From: Amoeboaphelidium protococcarum X5
Lineage: Eukaryota; Fungi; Aphelidiomycota
DNA: 19,415 nucleotides
NCBI GenBank assembly: GCA_023515725.1
Contig: JALDTO010000318.1
Location: 1-19,415, forward strand
Direction of reading: 5' to 3'
A program made the translations under genes and the position numbers. The notes beneath the pieces were generated by a model. The model saw nothing but the letters and a program-made list of their open reading frames with translations. It searched no databases and was not told the DNA's origin. Each line of letters starts with the position of its first letter. The first letter of the stretch is position 1. Of this stretch, positions 9,615-19,415 are shown piece by piece.

Positions 9615-12160
9615 TCAATTGTCATCCACAACGCTGGAACTGATCGATGACGATGCCTTGGTAGCAACGGCCTTGTTCAACTCCAACGCAGTCTGCTGAA
9701 TACGAGGGAAGAACTTCTTGAATCTAGCCATCATATCCTTGTTCTTACTCTCCAATGAATACTCACCGGTTGGGTGTTTAATCACACAACTCTCAGGAGT
9801 ATCACCGTCAGCCAATTAACACTCGGTCAATTTCAAAGACTCGTACACTTTCAACTGGGAGCTGGTCATATCTTCAACCGCGGCGAACCAGTTCAACTCT
9901 GGAATCACAAATATCACAGCTTACAACCAGGCAGCACCTAAACGCTTCTTACGGATGGAGAACTGCCAGAAACTCAAACCAGACTGACTGACATCACCAA
10001 AATTCTTATTACCTGAATTCTCAGCCGTAGCCGTACGAGCAAAGATGGAGTTGGACATATCATAGGCCAAACTCTTTCTAAAGAAGCGGGCAAAATACAA
10101 CTCATAAACCTTGGAGCCAAACATGATCGTCGTGATGAAGAGCGGGCACAAGATAAGCAGCAAGCACGTAAGAATATTAATGGAATTGTAATCCAGCGAT
10201 GGCAAGTACACCAGGGGCAGTCCAACAAGCAGAGGCAGAATGGTGGTATAGATGGCGAATGAGATCGACTTGGACTCATTGAACTTTTCACCAGCATATC
10301 TAGTCTAAAATGCGACATAAATACATGCACAAAGCAAGATTGCATTAAATACGTACAACAGAGCACTCATAGTAGACGCAACGGTAGCATTGCCAGAGAC
10401 ACAAGTCTTCACGACAAAATTAGACGCATTCAGCACTACCGTGGGCTTCAAAGGTGATGCTGCCACCCAGATGATGCTCAACAACAACTCCAGACCACAA
10501 ATGACTGATCCAAAACGCAACAATAGACTTACATCAGATAATGATTAATTCACACGACGCAGATTACCAAAAATGGTGTACACACGATAATTCTTCGCAG
10601 TCATCATACCAAACACCAGACCAAATGCAATGGACAACCAAAATGGACGCGCATTACACATAAAATCATTCGGCTCACCCAAGAATAAGAACACTCCTGT
10701 ATAACTAATGGTACAACCACCCAGAATCAGTAAACTAAAGGTTGGTGAGATGGCCTTGATCAATGGATGATTTCTACGGAACACCAACATCATAGCAACC
10801 ACACCATTGTATATAATACCGGATATGGCAAGAAACAATAGGAAACCATTAATCGGCTCTTGGTAAGTAATAAACAGGGACGGCGTTAATTCGCTACAAT
10901 CGTTTTTGAGATTATTGGTGTACAACTTGGGACAGCTACATCTTATAGTAGCCGGAATGAAAGGGCTCGTCTTTACCGGACACACACCATCATTCTGGCA
11001 CAAGCCATCAAAATCACAGACAGAGGTACCATACAATGGTTTAGAGTCACTGTACACAAACGACTGTAGTGTTGAGATAGCATTCTACAAGTTGGCATTA
11101 TCCAGCTGCACGTAAGAGAATCTAGAGATAACACGCTAAGCATACGTATCAGTGTACGTCCAGTAAATGTAACGCATGACAGATCTAAACTGATCAACGT
11201 TATAGTATCTAGACACATTCTTATTCAGAGCATAGAACGTGAACGTGGTAATAGGATACGAGCCACTCGCGGTAGAATCAACATTACCAAGCGTCTCAAA
11301 GTCACCCTGTGCAGCGGCAAGAGCAATCTGAGCAGAAGTCTAGTTGGCCACAGTGAGCTCATTCTGTCTGTTATACAGACGAGCGTAATCAATCTACTTT
11401 GTCGCAGCATCAGCCAAATCAAGATATCCAACAGAGTAAGCATTACCAATGATGTTCTAAACCACACCGATGGAACCGGCACCACGAGCAAAAGGTGTCA
11501 AACCAGCATTGCCCCAATTAGGAAGACCATTCACGCCAACTTTACTGCTCCACTCCGGAGACACCTTGGTCAGAAACTGTGTGAATGCAGTAGTAGTTCC
11601 AGAACTGTCATTTCGCACAATGACTTTGATATCCTGGTTGACGCTAGAAAGACTAGGATTGTTTGCCACTAAAGCGGGATCGTTCCATCTAGTGATAGTG
11701 CCATTGAATATCTTCACAACAGTCATGCGGTCCATGATAAGGGAACAACTTTGAGAAGAACATCCAATATCAGGCACATTATAAGTGATAACAATCGCAG
11801 AGCCAAAGGTGGGCAGAGTGACAAAAGAGTTGGCAAACTCAGGTGCGATAACAGATGGCAAAGCATCAGTACTACCCCAAGCAGCACCACCATTCGCAGC
11901 TGTTCTCACACCAGACCCGGAACCAACTGCAGAATACTGAATAGAAGTATTGGCATAACTGAAGGGTAAACTGTTGTATGACAGAGCCCAATCAAACTAA
12001 ACTTGAGCCTGCAACGTAGACCCAGCGCCTTAAAGATCTACACAATACGCATTTATTAGAGATTATTCGAAACAGCTATTTTATCAATGCTCTATCAAAA
12101 CTTACTCGCTTATATAAGAGTTGCATACAATGCGGCAAAAGCAAATTTAGTTAGTATCAT
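9615..12160 (-). CDS. Receptor B: paralog of receptor A (signal peptide + PstS + EGF-like + class C 7TM + cytoplasmic domain), about 825 aa; exons 12160-12106 and 12037-9615
   Basis: MILTKFAFAALYATLIQA-NLQGAGSTL. PstS motifs YSAVGSGSG, WGSTD, ITYNVP, IFNGTITRWNDP, VRNDSSGTT, SVGYLD and SYPI. EGF at 11018-10896. 7TM motifs HPLIKAISP, CNARPF, AKNYRVYTIF, FNESKSI and FGSK. The track ORFs starting at 11909, 11057, 10523, 10211 and 9815 share one frame. TGA at 9617-9615. Confidence 0.92.
12038..12105 (-). other. Spliceosomal intron (68 nt, phase 1) between the signal-peptide exon and the PstS domain of receptor B
   Basis: Minus strand reads GTAAGT...CTAAT (branch-point-like)...TGTAG. It contains an in-frame TGA, and splicing restores the frame into LQGAGSTL. 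Confidence 0.88.
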
Positions 12161-13108
12161 CTTTCAAACAATGTACTGAATGATTTAACAGGTGGATAGT
12201 TATTGATGATGATGATGATATATATATGTTTAAGCAGAGTCTAGTGATGTATGTTAAGTAATAGTCAATACGCTGATGGATTAAGCCTATATCAGAAATA
12301 TAATAATCAGAATACTCGCCAGGCAGCACGACTGGACAAGGTGATGATTGTATAGATTTTATCAAATGAGAAGGATGGGAAAGCCCATAAATCGATTGTT
12401 TGTTGTACAGTAATTTGCCGTTCGTTCGTTCTCTCATGATTACTTTGTAAAGTAATACACATAATCTTTCTGCATAGCAACGGCGTAATCAGTTGGAACA
12501 GTGGTCTGGCTATATAAATATCGGCAATCAGTTCTTACAAAGTCGATGAATTAAATGTTTGGCTTTTGAAGAAAATACACTTTACAGATGATGTGACTAA
12601 ACTGGCGAAAAATGTACCAGCACTGTATACGAAAGATTGACCACGTTGATTATTCGCTCAAAGCATGGTTGTAATGCAAGTAAGCAAAGTATCACGCGTT
12701 CCTAAAAAGAGTTGAGCAGATAAAGAAATAACATAGGCGTGTAAAGTACGAATACCATTCAGTACCGCAAAGTTTTATAGGAAGAAGGAGAACAGTGTTA
12801 ATGAAGTCCTGATGCAGAGCCCGAACTTTCCCCCTGTACCTGAATGCTATTTTTTTGTGATACCATCTACCTCCTCTGTGTAAGATCATCATCACGAACG
12901 CGCACAATCACTCTCTGGAACAAGCCGACGAGTTCTCTCATCTTTGTCCGCCCGCCCGTTCGTTCGCCGATCTCTCTTTTCCTTATTCTCGCCTTTAAAT
13001 AGAAAGATTTCCCTTTTACTCTCTTTCGTCAGCCGATTCTTGTTAAATCTATACAGCAAATTGATAATACTAGGTGGCTCACACACACACTCTCTCTATA
13101 TAAATATA

Positions 13109-14398
13109 ATGCCATCACCCGCAAAGCCTTGGGAATCTGCAGCGATTTCCAATCAAATAGATAGCTAGTAGTAAAGCTAATCCACAATGGTCGATTCTAC
13201 TGCTGCTAACACTTCTGCTCCTCCATTGCCTGTGCAAGATTATCAGGATAGTGGCACTTATGGTGCTCAGTCTTCCATTTACAATAATAATAACAATCTA
13301 ATGTCCAGGTATGGAGGCAATAATTATCGATATGGATTAAATGGTGGCTACAATAGCAACATCTCGTCATATGGAGCAGCAGCGTATTCTTCTCCTTATT
13401 CATCACCGTACAATTCTGCGTATTCCTCGTCGTATGGCTACAATAGCTCTCCTTATGGCTCATATGGCTATGGGAATAGATATGGCGGTGGAATTTCATA
13501 CGGTATGGGAGGCTACAATCAGTAGTAGTAGAATATGTTGTAATCTCAATAGGGTGGTCCCTCGAATCCGCTCATGGTTCTGGAGCACGCGGTGTAAATA
13601 TTGTCCTCTGTGACGCACCTGTTAGATTCCACCATAATGGCCACTCATAGCTCTTTCATGGGAGTTATTGGATTGATTGAACAGGTCGGTGTGCTCAAGT
13701 CTATTGTCGGAGGTGTAGTTGGCTTGAAGTGGTTATCTACATTCATGGGATTGTCTTCTAGAGATTATTAGTCACATGGTTAATCCACGATGAGGTCTGC
13801 ATTAAGTGTTGATGAGTTTAATAATAATAATAATGGTGCTGGTGGTTTAAATTCATCATAGTAGATGCAATAAAGAAACAGTAGAAGGCGGAGTAGATTT
13901 TTTAGATCTAAATCCTTCATGATTATGGTTGCATTGGCTGTCATTTTCGTAATACCATGGCTAATGAAAAGAGTATAGAGGCGGAGATAGTTGTAATAGA
14001 CTTAGTAGTAGGAGTAGTTGTCACTTGAGAAGTCATAAACCACTGAAAGTTCTAATAAGGTTAATAATACACTGGATATAACGTATCCTGATGGTGTTAA
14101 ATAGAATACGGATGGTTCGTAGATTGAGTTTGCTAGAGCACTTTATGACTTCACGGCGCGTAATTAGAATGAGATTTCATTTAAAAAGGGAGATCTGATA
14201 GCTGTTACTTTCAAAGGTGGTGATAATAGTCAAAGTAATTTATTGCAATAGAATACTGATCCCTCTTGGTGGAGAGGCAAGAAACGCCAAGGACATATTG
14301 GCTACTTTCCATCTAATTATGTGTCTCTTATTGGAAAGTAGGTGGACATATCTGCCGATTAGTTTATCACTTAGTCGAAAGGTTAATAAGTGTAATGA
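13109..14398 (+). CDS. PEX13: Peroxin-13 (peroxisomal import docking/pore protein), 429 aa, intronless
   Basis: N-terminal MPSPAKPWE, a Tyr/Gly/Ser-rich YG region, the Pex13 core LLDSTIMATHSSFMGVIG and a TM segment FMIMVALAVIFVIPWLM. C-terminal SH3 EFARALYDF...EISFKKGD...WWRG...IGYFPSNYV. TGA at 14396-14398. Confidence 0.93.
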
Positions 14399-14564
14399 GA
14401 ATTTATTTTCTAAGTTTGTACAATGTGAATGAAAACTTTAACAAATAAATCATATTCAAAATGTATTATTAATGACTGTTATAGCTTCACTTTGATATAT
14501 TGTAATCCTTAATCAAAACTTATTATTAAGATCATCTTACTACAGTTATACAATGGTTTATTTT

Positions 14565-17468
14565 TCAAATCAGAGGTGGAGGTAAATCTACAGAAGAACT
14601 TAAGATCTTCTCCACCTGACTCTGATCATTTTCATTGTCATCAATAGTGGCGACCAATGTGGTGGATATAAATGGCAGATTCTACTGCTGTGCATTGGGC
14701 AATCCTATGAAGTCCGACGGTGGAGCAGGCCGTATTGACATTCTAAGAGCAGCAGAACTTGCAGATGATGATGATGAAGATGGTGGTGTAGTCGCCCCAT
14801 TAGATAAAGACTCTTTTGATCTCCCGGGTCGACTTACTCGGTCATTCACGTTGAAATTAGTCTCTGTTTACTATGACGCTTATTATTCAACATTTGTCGC
14901 CTGAGTCGATGATGACAACTGCGGCGATTACGGACCATGACCATCCATCATCAGCAGTCTCGACCTTCTCTTTTACTCATCGTGCTTCTCTAAAATGCGC
15001 TTCTTCAGCATCTCATCCAGGACTCCATTACCGGGCATTTCGCGTCTCAATGGAGGGTAATCAGGCACGGGAGGAGCAGGACGTCTAGAGGTGGGAGTAT
15101 GTACGCCATTAGACGTGGAAATCATACTAAATCTATTATTTTGATTTTGATTAATAACTTAAGAGTGACGGCGCGATACAGATTAAACGTCTACGGTTAA
15201 GGTGGGAGATTGCAGTGAAGTACTACCTTGTGCAATAGGCGAGGATGGAGGAGTCTTATCACCACTTCTAAGGCTTAGTCGTTTATCATTTAGACTATTG
15301 TTGATATCATTATTGTTATTACTACCAACGCTATACCGCAGACTCTCTTTCAATCGATTCAACTCAGACTCCAACTTCTGGACCATGGCACTCAATTTCT
15401 CATTCTACTTTACCAGTTTACTATTCTCATCCATAAGCTTCGAATTCTTCTTCTGCAACTATTCACATTCGTCAGTATATGAAGACTCTTGCAATGTAGA
15501 CTAACGTTACTGGGATGTACGCAAACTATTAATGTCCAATACCAATTCGATATCAGAGCATATAACTTCCAGAAAATTAGATGGCACTAGACCATGCATC
15601 TCAATCTATGCCTATCGACTGCTACCACCAATCTGCTCACACGTCCACCATCCCTCTTTATGGAAATCAAAACTGGAATCAGCACGCGCATAGATAATAA
15701 AAAACTAATTAACATCAAATGACAACTCTTAGAGACCTTGGGCATCCACCACATCACTTGCTGATTAATACGCATATATAGACTTGGCGATACCAACAAC
15801 TTTGTACTGAGTGCTACCAATTTAGCTCTAACTTGCCCACCATAATCCAGAGTCCCCAGACTAAAAAAACTTGGAGCACAGATCAGATACAGACATGAAC
15901 AGCATATCCACATGCTTAATCATATCCAGAACAACGGCATTGATATAAGCTGCATTCATCACCATCTACTAGGCACTAGTCTCTTCGGCCAATTCACATC
16001 TGAGAATATTAGGAGCCAGCACAGTGGCCATATTCTATAGAGACATTTTGTTATGAGCGCTATTACTCTCTGCCGATACTAAACTACTAAACTGTAACAA
16101 TGTGCATAGCAAGTCTCTATTCTCGGACGGCAAACTGTTGACCAGGACATACATCTACCATAGACGTTATGCGCCACTTTTAATTTGATCCGTAGACTAT
16201 TGAGACTGAGCACATGCAATAAACGCATCAAATAGATCAAATGTCAACAGAGGATCAGGCAATTCACGAAGAAATAACTTGACCACACCAGCAACAGCAT
16301 GTCCATCACCCAGATTTATATAATCCAAAAGAGCATCTTCACCACCGACCAGAAACTTCATTCCACCATCAGGATCATTATCGAAAAGGTTCTTCAACTT
16401 TAACACGGTGGATTACGCGCCACTTAATCTGAAAATTCCTTCAGTCTACAATTCATACTTTTTCAAATGCCTCAGCAATACTTTAATGATGACAGGGATC
16501 TGAGTACCGGGAACTTTTGGCACAGCATAAAGTGGAATGTCAAATGTGCTATTGATCGAACTCTGAGGTGACGAATATTTACCATGTGCAGATTTACCAC
16601 TACCTTTACTATGGCCATGGCTGACAATCTTGGTCAACTTCTTCATGGTACTGGAGGACATTTTCTTGGTCTCTTAAAAAAATTGGCCAACTGTTATAGA
16701 TGCAGATGATGTGGTGGAATAGTTACCGGCTTAAAGCTCGGATTAAATCTACTGATTATTAATATCTTTAGATACAGAGTGAAGAGATGGAGACGACTTG
16801 TGAGAGGACAATAACGTAATATCTGACGCACAATCACTCAGCTGTTACTTATAAGCACCTGATGATGATGATGTTTACTACTACTAAACTGTGAGCAGTG
16901 ATGGCGATTAGTCATTCTAAGCCATTGCAGATGATGTCTGATGGGAAATCTTACCATCCGCTGCAGAGTTAACATCACCACTGTGCATGCTGAGAGTGGT
17001 AAACTGCTTCTATAAATTCTACTAATCTGCACGCCTCAATTTCCTCAGAGTCTTGGACTTTTCACCGGCAGCTTTCACCAATGCCTAATTACTATTGCTG
17101 GTAATATAATTATTAGCATTATTACTCTTCTTATTAGAAACTTCTTATTTCAACAATGAATGGTCAAATTTGACCAACTAGATCGCGTCATTGTCCAGCC
17201 ACGAGAATTGCGGGTATTAGTTCAGAGATAGGTTATGATCGAGCATCAATCCACTGCCTCCATCATCAGTGCTGTTATTATGAGATTCAGTAGTAGATGC
17301 AGAAGGCTTGTAAAGAGTACAATCTCGCATAAATTCCGCGTCTAGATTACACTTCTTCTGCACCAGATGCATCACCGTCTTTAGAGGATCATCCCGCCCC
17401 ACACGAATACACTTCATCACACCCAGCTCTGGGATCTCCACACGCAAAATAACACTATCCTGAGTCAT
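14565..17468 (-). CDS. Rho GTPase-activating protein with N-terminal FERM-F0/SPN-like ubiquitin fold, RhoGAP, SH3, coiled coil and Pro-rich tail, 967 aa, intronless
   Basis: One frame from ATG 17468 to TGA 14567-14565. RhoGAP: IPVII...EGIFRLSG (Arg finger), VAGVVKLFLRELPDPLL, LPSENR and NKMSLQNMATVLAPNIL. SH3: AKSIYAY...ELSF...EGWW...GLVPSNFL at about 15800-15560. Heptad-like EQLQKKNSKLMDENSKL...LESELNRLK, and RRPAPPVP. Confidence 0.9.
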
Positions 17469-17898
17469 AATAATCAATGTATAAGTAAGAATATTATTCT
17501 AGTAATCAAACCAGGCACACAAAATTTCTAAATTAGGCAATGACTGAATTTGGATAATAAATAAGGCAAAAGAACAACTCCTGTAACACGCGTTGTCCTG
17601 TTTACTGTACAGTCAGCCTTGTCGAATTGATGTTGCCGCGTGTGGGGAATGGAAGGGAAAATGGTGTAAAATGGGCGCAACGAAACACCACAAAAAGAGC
17701 GCCCCTGAGAATATTTCTTGACGCAGCTCACATTTTGATTGATTCTTTACTAGTGGCTGGCTGTTTCAGAATCTAATGAAATTCTAGTGTGATTTTATAC
17801 GTGTGATTTAATACTCCATTAGCCGTCTTCAAAACAGTATAATACTGTAACAATCATAAAGATCAAAGAGCAAACTTTCTATGATATAGTAAACAAAA

Positions 17899-19011
17899 TC
17901 AAACATTATATTATTACTATTATTAGTAGTTGTTGGCAGCATTCTAGTTGTTATGGTACATGTTCAGAAAATAGTCCAATTCGTACATGAGAATGTCTTT
18001 AGCATAGTGTATGGTGACCGGCGTGGTGGGATAGAAGTTGACTGTGCGATCCCACTCCCTCCACATTTCAATGTCGCGCGGCAGGTGAGGAGTGAACGCG
18101 TCATTGTGACTCAGCGTAACGTTAAAATGCTCTTTCACACACCAACTGAGAACCACATCTTCACCCAGCGATTCCTCAATCACCTGGCCATTATTGAGTC
18201 GCCGGCAGCGGTTAACATTGGGTGCAAACTGAGATAAGAATTTACTGCTCAACACATAGCCAGCACCGCCCGACAGGATATAATTATCTCCCGTAAACGC
18301 AGTCTTTATCCTTCGCCCAATTACATAAGGCTTAGATTGCGGATCTTTATACTAGCTCAACATTCGGACCAGACTGGGAATCAGTACGCTGGTATCATCA
18401 TCAATCTTTAAGAACCATTTATACTTTATTCTAGGCAAGCGCATTTTATCGATCGAATTATCTGAATCTAAAGACACCTGATGTTTGTACAAATACTTCC
18501 ACATTGTCAGTGTCTTCTCTGTGATGTGATGTGAATTTTACTCCCATGTAGGTAGCTGGATGAACATATGTCTAGGTGGAGCGGTGAGATTACGATTGAG
18601 GAATGGGTGTACGTTACTACCATACTTGTTGTATCTAGAGTTACCGGCACCACTACTCCCGCTATCACCCAGATCTTTACCGAGATTAAAAATGTCTTCG
18701 TAATCCATAGACAAGCCCGTCCTTCCAATAAAGAATCTGATAGTCACCTGCGACCGCTCCGGTGCTCCCCAAGTATTAAATATAGCAAGACATCGCTGAA
18801 TAGTCTATGGAGAAGTCATCACAGCTATGAATATATCTCTTCCATTTTCGCGGATTTCTCTGTCCAACACTGCTTGATAATACATATTCAGCTGAAATGA
18901 TGTAGCAAGTAGGATAATCACAACAACCAGTACAATCACTGGCGATACCCAACTCCTCTTTACCATTTTCAATTTCCTGAATCTAGCGTTTAATTAAAAA
19001 TCATAAGCCAT
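17899..19011 (-). CDS. GT31 (Fringe/C1GALT1-like) beta-1,3-glycosyltransferase, type II membrane protein, about 370 aa (alternative start 18966)
   Basis: Basic N-tail and TM anchor VIVLVVVIILLA. Motifs IFIAVMTSPQ...NTWG, KWFLKIDDDT (DxD), VIGRR, LSGGAGYVLS, EDVVLSWC and VTIHY. TGA at 17901-17899. Confidence 0.88.
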
Positions 19012-19332
19012 CTCTTTTCCGCTATTTTTATGAATATTAGATGCTTTTTAATCTATTTAGGATCTGACAGCGTTACGTAATGTAGAGCAAGAAAATCTAA
19101 TAGAAACTTACGGCAAATAGGAGAGAGAGAGAAGGAAAGCGATCGGGAAAACGCGTTACGCCGCCACTCAAATCAGCCAAAGTAAAACAAACAAACAAAG
19201 CATTTTGGTCAGCAGATCGTTCTCAAACTTATGATATGGTTATTCAAACGTTCATAACGGAAATGTTGATGAGCAAAACGTGATAATAATAATAGATTAC
19301 TATATCTTAAAGTTCTTGGGCACCGTCCGTAA

Positions 19333-19415
19333 TCATTATTCAGGACCTTGGCCGTGGATAATCACATCGTCAATCTTGAGAATCATCTTGACCATTTGGG
19401 TGGCCAGCAGTAATT
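19333..19415 (-). CDS. CCT5: 3' end of chaperonin CCT/TRiC epsilon subunit; 5'-partial
   Basis: LLLATQMVKMILKIDDVIIHGQGPEQ, then TGA. LATQMV.MILKIDD is the CCT5-type C-terminal motif. Confidence 0.85.

Noticed and set aside
13290-13530. Tyr/Gly/Ser-rich quasi-repeats as a novel repeat or prion-like gene
   Set aside because: This is the known YG-rich region of Pex13.
166-15800. Three SH3-containing genes in one window as a functional cluster
   Set aside because: SH3 domains are common and the host proteins are unrelated.
1071-19011. Reading the stop-riddled genes as pseudogenes
   Set aside because: Interruptions are only TAA/TAG, never TGA or frameshifts. They fall at Gln positions, and key motifs are intact in the receptors, RGS, RhoGAP and GT31 genes.
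1-19415. CRISPR arrays, tRNA/rRNA genes, transposons
   Set aside because: No repeat-spacer arrays, cloverleafs, terminal repeats or transposase/RT motifs were seen by eye. The (TAG)n, (TGA)n and (AAT)n runs inside genes encode poly-Q, poly-S and poly-N.

Overview
Gene-dense eukaryotic (opisthokont, fungal-side) DNA that uses a non-standard nuclear code: TAA and TAG read as Gln and only TGA stops. The supplied standard-code ORF track therefore fragments nearly every gene. Re-read with TAR=Gln, the window holds nine genes that all end in TGA, with only two short introns. In order: the 3' end of an SH3 protein (+), a VIT-vWA (VWA5A-like) protein (+), receptor A (+), an R7-type DEP-DHEX-GGL-RGS protein (-), receptor B (-), Pex13 (+), a UBL-RhoGAP-SH3 protein (-), a GT31/C1GALT1-like glycosyltransferase (-) and the 3' end of CCT5 (-). 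The code plus the gene content suggests an aphelid such as Amoeboaphelidium protococcarum (inference). The standout is the 4503-12160 cluster. Two paralogous class C GPCRs each carry a full bacterial-type PstS phosphate-binding domain with the phosphate-ligand motifs intact, an EGF-like linker, a 7TM and a shared cytoplasmic domain. They flank an RGS7-like GAP gene. This is a candidate extracellular-phosphate-sensing GPCR/RGS module reminiscent of animal GPR158/179-RGS7. All translations and homology comparisons were made by eye against remembered family sequences, not by database search.
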